Source of the DNA: Tubiluchus corallicola
Taxonomy: Eukaryota; Animalia; Priapulida
Direction: 5' to 3'
Length of the DNA: 64,000 bases
Assembly (NCBI GenBank): GCA_030141605.1
Contig: JAQGDQ010001008.1
Location: 1 to 64,000 of the forward strand
Below the pieces are notes generated by a model that did no database searches, was not told the origin of the DNA, and was given only the letters and a program-made list of their open reading frames with translations. A program made the translations under genes and the position numbers. Positions within the stretch are counted from its first letter, which is position 1; every line of letters starts with the position of its first letter. This document shows, one piece after another, positions 1 to 13,300 of the stretch.

Positions 1-100
1 CTAAGTGGTAGAGTAATGCATAAAACAAGTTCTCACGATCGCGTGTTCGTAGAGTTCTATGAAGTGATGTTTAAATAATTGGTTTCTGTTTTGTTTCTAG

Positions 101-139
101 ACTTAGAAACGATGAAAAGAAAAGGACAAGTTTGGGAAG
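101..139 (+). CDS. unc-22: twitchin exon (DLETMKRKGQVWE)
   Basis: ttctag acceptor, gtaggt donor, phase 1-1, in frame with the next exon. Confidence 0.7.
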
Positions 140-1126
140 GTAGGTAACTTGCGCTTTTGTGAGTTTTATGAAATTCTAAAGTGCGGTAAGTCCTCGATTA
201 ACGACTCCCCCGTTTGGCGACGTTTCGTTTTAATGACGCTGAATATTTAACACCTTTCCTCACTTAACGACGCACTGTTTCATTTTCACGACGCTGGATA
301 TTTAGCACCTTTCCTCACTTAACGACGCACCGTTTCGTTTTAACGACACTGGATATTTAACACCTTTCCTCACTTAACGACGCACCGTTTCGTTTTAACG
401 ACACTGGATATTTAGCACCTTTCCTCACTTAACGACGCACCGTTTCGTTTTAACGACACTGAATATTTAACACCTTTCCTCGCTTAACGACGCACCGTTT
501 CGTTTTAACGACACTGAATATTTAGCACCTTTCCTCACTTAACGACGCACCGTTTCGTTTTAACGACACTGAATATTTAACACCTTTCCTCGCTTAATGA
601 TGCACCGTTTCATTTTAACGACGCTGATTATTTAACACCTTTTTCTCGCTCTCATATAGACTTTATAATAGTTGTAAAATTGTAGTATAAAATCTCTTGT
701 TTCATTACAGATGAGACTGGAAGAAAGATCCGTGGTCGAGGTACCAGGCCTGACAACTACGACATGTATTGTGAGTATGGCTTCGTAAACTCTTTATTCG
801 TAATCACTCTAGCAAACCTCGTTGCATTGTTTATGTCGTATGCGATGTAACATGTGTGACATGGATTGTGAGTATGGCTTCGTAAACTCTTTATATGTAA
901 TCACTCTGACAACCTAGTTGCATTGTTTATGTCGTATGCGATGTAACATGTGTTATGTTCACTGAAGTATCTTAAATTAACGGCTGTTGATGACTGCTAA
1001 GATTGAAAAGACTACAGTCACTAAGAATGGACTGTGCCAAAATGGTGCTATGTTACGTATGGGGCCCCTTAAGTTACATATTCACAGGAAAATCTTTTGC
1101 ACTGTGGTTTATACTTGTTGTTGTTT

Positions 1127-1173
<47 letters not shown>

Positions 1174-4100
1174 GCTGTTGCTGATGTTGTTGCTGCTGCT
1201 GTTGCTGTTGTTGTTGTTGTTGTTACTGCTGTTGCTGCTGCTGCTGCTTTTGTTGTTGTTGTTGTTGTTGTTGTTCCTGTTGCTGCTGCTGGTGCTGTTG
1301 TTGTTGTTTTTGTTGTTGTTGTTGTTGTTGTTCCTGTTGCTGCTGTTGGTGCTGTTGTTGTTGTTTTTGTTGTTGTTGTTTTTATTGTTGTTGTTGCTGT
1401 TGCTGTTGCTGTTGCTGCTATTTATGCTGTTGCTGCTGCTGTTGCTGTGTTGTTGTTGTTGCTGTGTTGTTGTTGTTGCTGTTGGCTTTCTCTCTCATTT
1501 AAGCAGGGAATGCATTCACATCTGATACATCTTATTGCTCATTCACTCATCTTAGAGGATTGATACTTAGCAAAGTACTGGTCCTGCCAACACTAAATAG
1601 GCTAATGTGTTACAGTGTACATTTATGAGGAATATTGTTGTCAATTTCAGGGTATGATTACTATAAGAAGTACATCCCTCAGCCGGTGCGGATAAAACAC
1701 GGCTCAGTGTATGATGATTACGAAGTACTCGAAGAATTAGGAGTGTACGTATTCGTTAATTGCCTACTATTAATTTAAACTAACTTTAGTGAAATTCTCA
1801 ATGAACGTTCTACGTCGTAATTTGTAGTGTGAGTGACAGTACTTTTTCTACCTGGGCTCAGACATGTCTGCATGACCGCATGCGCACAACAGCTAAACAT
1901 CGCGTTGCTGGAGCGCCCTGTGCTGTGCTGTGAAGCAAACAGTACTACCCTCACCTGCTCTGGTTCCGTACAAGTATAAAGAAAGAACTAAAGAAAAAGA
2001 CTTACTATATCTAATATTATCGAGAATATTGAGTGAAAATAGGGGGCGCTGTAGTTAAAGCTTGATCCATTCACTGTAAGCACGTGACAACAATTGTTTC
2101 ACTTTCTCTTTAAAACTAGCCAGATTCTATTGTTTCACTTTCTAAAACTACCAGTGATTCTGATTGTTTCACTTTCTCTGTAAAACTAGCCAGTGATTCT
2201 GATTGTTTCACTTTCTCTGTAAAACTAGCCAGTGATTCTGATTGTTTCACTTACTCTTTAAAACTAGCCAGTGATTCTGATTGTTTCACTTTCTCTGTAA
2301 AACTAGCCAGTGATTCTGATTGTTTCACTTTCTCTGTAAAACTAGCCAGTGATTCTGATTGTTTCACTTTCTCTGTAAAACTAGCCAGTGATTCTGATTG
2401 TTTCACTTTCTCTTTAAAACTAGCCAGTGATTCTGATTGTTTCACTTTCTCTGTAAAACTAGCCAGTGATTCTGATTGTTTCACTTTCTCTGTAAAACTA
2501 GCCAGTGATTCTGATTGTTTCACTTTCTCTTTAAAACTAGCCAGTGATTCTGATTGTTTCACTTTCTCTTTAAAACTAGCCAGTGATTCTGATTGTTTCA
2601 CTTTCTCTGTAAAACTAGCCAGTGATTCTGATTGTTTCACTTTCTCTTTAAAACTAGCCAGTGATTCTGATTGTTTCACTTTCTCTTTAAAACTAGCCAG
2701 TGATTCTGATTGTTTCACTTTCTCTGTAAAACTAGCCCGTGATTCTGATTGTTTCACTTTCTCTGTAAAACTAGCCAGTGATTCTGATTGTTTCACTTAC
2801 TCTTTAAAACTAGCCAGTGATTCTGATTGTTTCACTTTCTCTGTAAAACTAGCCAGTGATTCTGATTGTTTCACTTTCTCTGTAAAACTAGCCAGTGATT
2901 CTGATTGTTTCACTTACTCTTTAAAACTAGCCAGTGATTCTGATTGTTTCACTTTCTCTGTAAAACTAGCCAGTGATTCTGATTGTTTCACTTTCTCTGT
3001 AAAACTAGCCAGTGATTCTGATTGTTTCACTTTCTCTGTAAAACTAGCCAGTGATTCTGATTGTTTCACTTTCTCTGTAAAACTAGCCAGTGATTCTGAT
3101 TGTTTCACTTTCTCTGTAAAACTAGCCAGTGATTCTGATTGTTTCACTTTCTCTGTAAAACTAGCCAGTGATTCTGATTGTTTCACTTTCTCTTTAAAAC
3201 TAGCCAGTGATTCTGATTGTTTCACTTTCTCTTAAAACTAGCCAGTGATTCTGATTGTTTCACTTTCTTTAAAACTAGCCAGTGATTCTGATTGTTTCAC
3301 TTTCTCTTTAAAACTAGCCAGTGATTCTGATTGTTTCACTTTCTCTTTAAAACTAGCCAGTGATTCTGATTGTTTCACTTTCTCTTTAAAACTAGCCAGT
3401 GATTCTGATTGTTTCACTTTCTCTTTAAAACTAGCCAGTGATTCTGATTGTTTCACTTTCTCTTTAAAACTAGCCAGTGATTCTGATTGTTTCACTTTCT
3501 CTTTAAAACTAGCCAGTGATTCTGATTGTTTCACTTTCTCTTAAAACTAGCCAGTGATTCTGATTGTTTCACTTTCTGTAAAACTAGCCAGATTCTGATT
3601 GTTTCACTTTCTTTAAAACTAGCCAGTGATTCTGATTGTTTCACTTTCTCTTTAAAACTAGCCAGTGATTCTGATTGTTTCACTTTCTCTTTAAAACTAG
3701 CCAGTGATTCTGATTGTTTCACTTTCTCTTTAAAACTAGCCAGTGATTCTGATTGTTTCACTTTCTCTTTAAAACTAGCCAGTGATTCTGATTGTTTCAC
3801 TTTCTCTTTAAAACTAGCCAGTGATTCTGATTGTTTCACTTTCTCTTTAAAACTAGCCAGTGATTCTGATTGTTTCACTTTCTCTTTAAAACTAGCCAGT
3901 GATTCTGATTGTTTCACTTTCTCTTTAAAACTAGCCAGTGATTCTGATTGTTTCACTTTCTCTTTAAAACTAGCCAGTGATTCTGATTGTTTCACTTTCT
4001 CTTTAAAACTAGCCAGTGATTCTGATTGTTTCACTTTCTCTTTAAAACTAGCCAGTGATTCTGATTGTTTCACTTTCTCTTTAAAACTAGCCAGTGATTC

Positions 4101-7100
4101 TGATTGTTTCACTTTCTCTTTAAAACTAGCCAGTGATTCTGATTGTTTCACTTTCTCTTTAAAACTAGCCAGTGATTCTGATTGTTTCACTTTCTCTTTA
4201 AAACTAGCCAGTGATTCTGATTGTTTCACTTTCTCTTTAAAACTAGCCAGTGATTCTGATTGTTTCACTTTCTCTTTAAAACTAGCCAGTGATTCTGATT
4301 GTTTCACTTTCTCTTTAAAACTAGCCAGTGATTCTGATTGTTTCACTTTCTCTTTAAAACTAGCCAGTGATTCTGATTGTTTCACTTTCTCTTTAAAACT
4401 AGCCAGTGATTCTGATTGTTTCACTTTCTCTTTAAAACTAGCCAGTGATTCTGATTGTTTCACTTTCTCTTTAAAACTAGCCAGTGATTCTGATTGTTTC
4501 ACTTTCTCTTTAAAACTAGCCAGTGATTCTGATTGTTTCACTTTCTCTTTAAAACTAGCCAGTGATTCTGATTGTTTCACTTTCTCTGTAAAACTAGCCA
4601 GTGATTCTGATTGTTTCACTTTCTCTTTAAAACTAGCCAGTGATTCTGATTGTTTCACTTTCTCTGTAAAACTAGCCAGTGATTCTGATTGTTTCACTTT
4701 CTCTTTAAAACTAGCCAGTGATTCTGATTGTTTGACAACAGATGGGAGGGCGTTTCATTCGCATATTCACTTTTTTTTACAGTGGAGCGTTCGGAGTCGT
4801 GCATCGGTGCGTGGAAAAGGCAACCGGAAACATGTTCGCCGGCAAGTTCATCAACACCATGAACCCGTCGGAGAAAGCCACGATCCGGAACGAGATCGAC
4901 ATCATGAATCATCTCCATCATCCACGATTGCTGCATCTTCACGACGCGTACGAGGCTCCTGACGAGATGTGCATGATCATGGAATTGTAAGCAGTGGTTT
5001 CTTTCTTAATGCACTGTAGCAAGATTAATTACTTTGCAGTATCTTAATGATTTTTGTAACAGATGAGTAAATCTTGGGTGATTTTCATTCTCTACCAGAA
5101 AGCGAATTCGAATCGAACCGAATTTCAGCGTTTAAATAGAATTCGAATTGAGTTTGAACAATTTTCGAACAATTTTTCGAACCTCTAGTAAAAAGTGGTC
5201 TTACAAAGATTGTGCATATTGCTTGATTTTGTCTTGCGATCACTTATCGAACCGAATTTCAGTATTTAATTAGAATTCGAACCGAGTTTGAACGATTTTC
5301 AAACAATTTTTCGAACCTCTAGTAAAAAGTGGTCTTACAAAGATTGTGCATATTGCTTGATTTTGTCTTGCGGTTACCTGTCCGAGAGCAGATCGTCTAA
5401 ATGCTCAGTTTGCAGTATTCGATAGACTAACTGCTCAGTTTGCAGTATTCGATAGACTAGCTGCTCACATCTTTATGGAAACTTTTCAGCTTATCGGGCG
5501 GAGAACTATTCGAGCGGATCACCGCGGAGGGGTACAGAATGACGGAAGCGGAAGCCATCAACTACATGCGTCAGATCTGCGAAGGACTGAAGGACATGCA
5601 CGAGAAGAACATCGTTCACCTGGACATCAAACCCGAGAACGTCATGGCGACGACGAAGCGGAGCTCCGACGTGAAGCTGATCGACTTCGGTCTGTCCGCC
5701 AAACTCGATCCGAACAAACCCGTGATGGTGACCACCGGAACGGCCGAATTTGCAGCTCCGGAGATAGTGGACAGGGAGCCGGTTGGCTTCTATACGGACA
5801 TGTGGGCTGTCGGCGTTCTGGCTTATGTAATGTGAGTATGTGTGAATGGTTTCAAATTACTGATGTCATGATTGTCAGTACAGTCAACCCTCGTTAAACC
5901 GGACTAATTGGGGGTGGGGGGTGGTCCTGTTTACCCGATTGTCCGATTTATCCGATATGCCTATATATGGTCTATATTATACAGGCATAATCACCTTAAT
6001 AAGGCCTATATACATTGCACTATATACTATACTGTATATTACTTTAAAATGGTTAACCTGTGAGGATAAAGAAATTATTGTACAGTTGGTAGGCCGTTTT
6101 GTGTTTAGTGCTCCGGCTCGGACGGAAACTGGTCAGTTTCCTTTACCACGGATGACGTCCGTCTTATCCGATATCCTGGCTAACGGGGTCCGGTTTAACG
6201 AGGGTCGACCGTATTTCACTTAGAGTTGCATTTATATTTTAATTTAGTGTAGAAGGCTAGCAGTGTCACTAGGCAGCTGTTTAAAGGAAAAAACTGACTG
6301 GACATCATCTTAAATTATGCCTGAAAACTATCTACCCTACTGCAAGGAGCATACATTAAGACCTCGCTCTACGACGTTAGTGCGTTTCCACAAAATGCGA
6401 CGTTGAGCAAAACGCCGTGTCGTTAAGCGAGGACTTACCGTACTATTTTCCAAGAACGACTTGCGTGAGAGAATTATTACCACAGAAATGTAATTTCGCA
6501 TTTGCACGGCTAGTTCTGCACTGCTACATGCATTTCGCCATTTGCTAGTTAGACGGACACTAGTCAACTCGTTGCACGATAAGCAGATGCCGTATCTCTC
6601 GCTTCAGAGGTGTTCAGTTGTGACGTAGCGCAAACGTTCGAGAGCTCGCGTGTGAGGCCGTGAGCACAGTGATAAACTTGAAATTTGCATTTTAAGCGTA
6701 AAAGTGTGGGTGATATGATGCATTTGTGTGGAAGAACTGTTTCTTTGTTTTAATGTGTTTATTCACTTTTTTTTAAATTGACAAGCAATGATTGTGCAAA
6801 GTTAGTTTGGAGATTGATTTTGGGAATGCTTGAGGTCACTATTTAATGAATTAAAGTCAATTTTTATACATTTATATATATATAATATATGATAATGTAT
6901 ATATCAATTTATATATGATAATATATATATATATATTAGCAGCATAAAGAAAATGCCATATGTTGTTGCCTGTCTATTGTCCAACCAATTTTAAACAAGT
7001 TTTTCTATTCGCCGCTCTCTCGTTTTCCATTTTCAACTTCGACTTTTTTGTTGTTGTTTAGTTTAAGCGGCTTGTCGCCATTCGCCGCTCTCTCATTTTC

Positions 7101-9206
7101 CATTTTCAACTTCGACTTTTTTGTTGTTGTTTAGTTTAGCGGCTTGTCGCCATTGTCCAACCGATTTTAAACAAGTTTTCCATTTTCAACTTCGACTTTT
7201 TTGTTGTTGTTTAGTTTAAGCGGCTTGTCGCCATTGTCCAACCGATTTTAAACAAGTTTTCCATTTTCAACTTCGACTTTTTTGTTGTTGTTTAGTTTGA
7301 GCGGCTTGTCGCCGTTCGCCGGAGACAACGACGTGGAAACGCTGAAGAACGTGAAGCGTTGTGATTGGATATTCGAACCAAATGCTTTCAAGGGCATTTC
7401 AGACGAAGCCAAAGATTTCATCAAGAACCTTCTGGTCAGGGAACGAACGTAAGTCGACCGTGTGTCATCCGGAAGATTCGGTACAGAGTTTTGTTAGATG
7501 GGGTTTTAATAGACAACAAAAGGAGGAGAAAAAATCATCTTAATAAATTATACTACTTTATAGCAATTTTATGCGTATATCTTACTCGCGTTGAAAGGAA
7601 TTTTAGTTTGTTTTCATTTTAAATCTCCCGCAATGCTGTTCCGAAGTCGCCATTACATGACGTCATACACGCACAACGTAAATCAGGGGAAGAAAAGGCA
7701 ATGTTAAATTATGACCTAAAAAACTTTCCGTGCAAATCTATATTACTTTGCATTACGCTTACCTGCTGGAAAGACTTAAATAACTAGACTAATAATTTAA
7801 AATGTTTGTGTCAATTGGTAAAATGTCGCTAACTCATACTCCAGGGTGCACCACTCAGTAACCAAAAACGTATTTTTAATCTTATTGACAAGATACAGTA
7901 AGTTAAAATTTTACTTAATTAGCAACGTGTGCGCTATGAATGTTCTGATTATTTTTTCAAACTTTACTCAGTGTTATCAAAACTTGTTTCAAACAACCAA
8001 CTGTCAAAATGGCTGCGTCTAACGGTCATCGTGGAACTTTTTTAAACAATTTTTCAGGTCTTCCGCAAGATTGAATAAGATTTTTTTTTTATCACGTTTT
8101 TTTTCTTGTCAATACCATTTCCCTGTTTAGGCCAAAATTATCCTCCATATTTTTGGATTAAATATCTTAATACAGTTACAGTTTTTTGATACAGTCGAGC
8201 CTTGTTATGTACAGAAAGCCTTCACCATTTCGTTCATGTTCCAAAGTCGTTTATTCTAAAGAGAATAATAAAGAGAACATTAACAAGTAAGAAAACGAAT
8301 AAAATGATAAACAGAAGCTTAATAATTACGAAGAAGTCAACTTATTGGCAAAAGTACTTTCTCAAATTTCAGAGATCGAATTCATAAACTTAATTAAATT
8401 ATTTAAATTCGTGTAACTCACATCGTTGGCTCTTCGTCAAGATTTAAAATTTCTCAAGGTACAAAATTTGGTTATAACTAAACGCTGTTATTAACTATAA
8501 CACAATAACGACAAAAACATTGCTGTGAATAAAAACACGACCACCATTGTTCTCCTCCTCACTTGTAGAGGGCAGCACCTTCCAATAAATAGGTGTCGTT
8601 ATGCATATTGCAGTTACAAGCCTCATTAAAATGTCAAACTCGCCGTAACGACAAATTTATTGCATCTGCATCATTTATACGGTTTGAATGATTAATACAA
8701 GGCTTGCATTTTCACCTAGGAAACGTATGACGGTTCACGAGTGTTTGGATCACCCGTGGTTGAAGGGTGATCTGCAACACTACGACACGAAGATTCCCAA
8801 TGAAAGATACCACGGCATTAGGAACAAGATTCGCGAGAAATACGTGAGTCACTCTGCGTACTTTGCACAGCAAAGCTTCAGTACTGAACTGATGTTTTAA
8901 AATTTAGAGAGATGTGATATTTATGATTTGAGAGCTGAGCTTGTCAATTATACATGTTGTTAAGTGAGATAAGTGCTGTATGTATTCTGAATTCAGCTTT
9001 TGTAGCCATGTTTATGTACAGGAATTGTGTTTTTCTCAGCCTTTATAAAAACATTCGAACGGAAGTGGTGCGGACAAGCCACTTGCATAGCAGTGTCTAG
9101 TTTTTCTGCTGGGTTACTGCTGTGTTTAACTGTCTTGAGAACGGATTTATTTAATTATAGAGTTCTGCCTGTGTAGTGTCTACAATAACGCGTATATGAT
9201 AATGAT

Positions 9207-9237
<31 letters not shown>

Positions 9238-10070
9238 CAATGCCGGTGACAGTGATGATGATCATGTTGACATTGACGACGATGATGAAAATGACAACCG
9301 CGGCAACGATGATGATGATGATGACGACTACCGTGATGATGATGATGATGATGACAACGGCAATGACTATGATGATGATGATGATGATAACGACGAAGAT
9401 GATGATGATAATGATGAAAACAACTGACATCGTTTACACTTACATTTTTTCAAGTCTTAATAAACAATTCTTATTTTTTAGGCAACATGGCCGACTCCAA
9501 TGCCTGCGATTGGACGCTTGGCTAACTACAGTTCTCTACGGAAGCATCGGCCTCAGGAATATCAGATGTACGAGTCTTCATTCGGTGAGTACAACATGGG
9601 AAATCTTTTCTATTTGAGTGAGAAACATGTGAAATCTTTTCTATTTGAGTGAAACATGGGAAATCTTTTCTATTTGAGTGAAACATGGGAAATCTTTTCT
9701 ATTTGAGTGAAACATGGGAAATCTTTTCTATTTGAGTGAAACATGGGAAATCTGTTCTATTTGAGTGGAAACATGGGAAATCTTTTCTATTTGAGTGGAA
9801 ACATGGGAAATCTTTTCTATTTGAGTGAAACATGGGAAATCTTTTCCATTTGAGTGGAAACATGGGAAATCTTTTCTATTTGAGTGAAACATGGGAAATC
9901 TTTTAAGCAATTTAATGGGGTACTCTAAACAAGTAATTACTTCTTGAGTACCCCACGGGTCATTTGCAGCTTGGCATCTTGTGTACATAATAATAAATAT
10001 GTTGTTAAATACTTTTATGTACAATGCTGCAATGATCGTTGTGGAAATATTTAATAAATAATAAATAATA

Positions 10071-10101
<31 letters not shown>

Positions 10102-10228
10102 CAATTATAATTTATTAATTAATTATATCTTGCCGAGTTCTTTGCTAGTAGAAAGAGCAAATTTGTAATTATTGTGTCAATTCACAGTAAATCATTCAAA
10201 AAAATTGATTTTCAGAAAAATTAGTGTA

Positions 10229-10318
<90 letters not shown>

Positions 10319-13300
10319 GAGTTTGCGAATTAATTAATTACAGAAAATAGCGTAATTAGTCTTCATTTACTTCAACCTAAATAATTTTAATTATTAAAAA
10401 TTAATTGTTATTTTAATTATTATTATTATTAATAATCGAAATTCTTAGAAATGTTGAAATGGTCGGAGAGCTGACGTGATTTAATGAAGACAAGTGGCTA
10501 TGTGGTCCCAGCATTTGAGTTGTACTCTGAAAGTCGTGTGTTCAAATCGCGCTCAGTTCTCATCTTTTTCATCTCTTTGTAAGGCAGTTCTAGTTTCAAA
10601 GTTTTTCTACCTATAATTGTTGACCGACAGTCTCGAGACTGAGATGATGATGATGATGATGACGATGAAGATGACGATGAGGGTGACGACAACGGCAATG
10701 ACGATGATGATGATGATGATGATAACGATGACAATGCCGATGATGAAAACGACAATTATCTCAGGTGATACATTCTCTGATTCCAGATCGCCGAGAGGCT
10801 GCACCGAGGTTTGTGGTGCGCCCGTACAGCACCATGGCTATAGAGGGGCGCAGCGCCAAGTTTGACTGCACCATAATTGCACCGTCTCCACCCGTCGTTA
10901 CCTGGTACGTGTCCTAGCAAGTCAAAGAAATGATTTATTTATTATTTAATTATTTAACATATTTTATATCCATTTTTTCATACTAGCTGAAGAGGTTTTG
11001 CTAATTACAGTCAAAACTCGTTAAACCGGACCCCGTTAGTCCGGATATCGGATAAGACGGACGTCATCCGTGGTAAAGGAAACTGACCGATTTCCCCCCG
11101 AGCCGGAGCGCTAAACACAACACGGCCTACCAACTGTACAATAATTTCTTTATCCTCACAGGTTAACTATTTTAAAGTAATATACAGTATAGTATATAGT
11201 GCAATGTATATAGGCAATTATTCCTGTATAATATAGACCATATATAGGCATATCGGTTAAATCAGACAATCGGCTAAACCGGACCCCCCCACATTAGTCC
11301 GGTTTAACGAGGGTTGACTGTATTGTCCTCTATAGTATATTAAGTATAGGGAATACTGCCATCTGCCAACATATCTGCTGCTGTGACAAAAATCTATTTT
11401 ACATAATAAATTTACCTCATTATAACACCAGCCAAGATGTAAAGTACAATGAAAAGCAGCCACGGGGTTGTAAAAATCAAGGATCTCCGATAAGAAAACT
11501 GTTATGATTCTTAAATTAAGATTTAGGTTTCGTACTGAAGTGACGGTACAAAAGTGAATGTTGAGGTTTTGAGCAAGGAACGTGCATTTTGAGACTACGA
11601 GAATTGCACAGCAAAGCTTCAGTACTGAACTGATGTTTTAAAATTTAGAGAGATGTGATATTTATGATTCAGGTGTTTAATGTAGTCATTTGTAGAAATC
11701 ATGGCCAAAACTACATTAAATATTACTAATGTATTGATGAACTAGTGCAGAATTTGCAAAGTTTAGATTTTATTGGCAATAATAGAGATAAAACAGACGA
11801 CTAATCTTTTTCATGGTGTTGTTGTTGTTGTTGGCATCCTTCTGTCTCGGAAGACAATGGAGTGTGCGCCAAGAGAGTCAGTCATTGATCACATTGATGG
11901 AGCTGCAGCGTCGACTGTGGCTGAGCAGTCCGATCCTTGAACGTCTCCAGGGCGCACGCCTGGGCAAGGTGTATGGAGATCCTGAGTTGCCCAGACAACA
12001 GGAACCCCCTCTCTTCCTCCCTGGTGTAGTCCAAAGGAAAGCGGAGCGATACGTTTGGCACCAGGTTGGCTGCAGGAGCTGCCGGAGTCAGTGAGCATGC
12101 TGCACTGGTCCGCCTTCAGGGCTCCACTCCTGATTTAGGTTTACTCCTCTACACATGGCCATTGGGTCACTTGACCTCCTCCGCCCTCTAGCCGTTGGCT
12201 GCTTGTGCAGCTCCTCCGCCTAGTGTCGAGATACAGTGTGGGCATCCTGCAAGCCTACAGCACCTGGTATTCCTAGGCGGTTACCCATCCAAGCACTAAC
12301 CAGGCTCTATGTTGCTTAACTTCGGCAATCAGATGAGAACCGGTGTTTTCAACGTGATTTGTTACCATGGTTACCATGGTGTATATACTAGATTATGGCC
12401 TAGTCTGTATTGTGTAGACGTCTTGCTATTTTGACTGGGGGGGGGGTATCGTACGATGTTATTCCATGTTAACTTCAAATGTGAATCTTACACATTATTG
12501 AGGAACGTCTCTGTATTATTTATAATGAACTGTTTGGTGCAATAAACTACGTTTAAAATAAATAGATCTGTAATTTTCACCTTCATTCAACTGTAATTAA
12601 CCTTTGCTTTACCTGTCAGGTACCACGAAGGTGATCAGCTCACGCAGTCTGCTAAATACATGCAGAAGTACTTCGGTCGCGATTATAAGCTGATCGTTAA
12701 CAGATGCAAGATGGAGGATGCGGGAGAGTACATCGTCTCCGCTGCCAACTCGTTTGGAACAAGAGAACAGACGGTTCATCTTAAAGTAGAAAGTACGTAG
12801 ATCTATGGTTCTCATCCAATGTCATATCTATGGTTTTCTTCCAATGTTAGTGCTATAGTTTTCTTGCCTTGTTAGATCTATGGTTCTCATCCAATGTCAT
12901 ATCTATGGTTTTCCTCTAATGTTACATTTATGGTTTTCTTCCAATGTTAGATCTATGGTTTTCTTCCAATGTTAGATCTATGGTTTTCTTCCAATATTAA
13001 TGCTATAGTTTTCTTCCAATGTAATGTTAGATCTGAGGTTTTGTTCCTATGCTAGATCTATGGTTTTCTTCCAATGTTAGATCTATGGTTTTCTTCCAAT
13101 GTTAGATCTATGGTTTTCTTCCAATGTTAGATCTTTGAGGGTGTTACATTTTAGGAAAAAATTTCCTCGGAAAATGTGTATATTCTTTCATATTCATGTA
13201 TAGGGCACATTTTACAACACACCACAGACAGTTACCGAAAGCAGCTTTTATATAAGTGCCACATAACGAACAGGTGCAATGTATCACACAACAAGCAGCT

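Noticed and set aside
987-1563. Poly-Val/Leu/Cys ORFs; also poly-Met ORFs at 9207 and 10617 and ER/SL ORFs at 58379-58789
   Set aside because: Simple microsatellite translations.
2251-4962. Long repetitive ORFs (KQSESLASFKEKV)n and (SLKLASDSDCFTF)n
   Set aside because: By-products of a stop-free 39-bp intronic minisatellite; the twitchin exons splice around it.
7060-7314. Intronic exon copies seem to differ from the exon only at synonymous sites (TTA/TTG, CCA/CCG; also TTG/CTG at 19962 and GGT/GGG in TLDc)
   Set aside because: Several differences fall in breakpoint microhomology and come from intron sequence, and the 858 copy has a non-synonymous change; too few sites remain to infer selection.
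10490-10590. tRNA-like A/B boxes (GTGGCTATGTGG...GTTCAAATC); similar B box near 51303
   Set aside because: No convincing cloverleaf; probably decayed tRNA-SINE heads, too weak to call.
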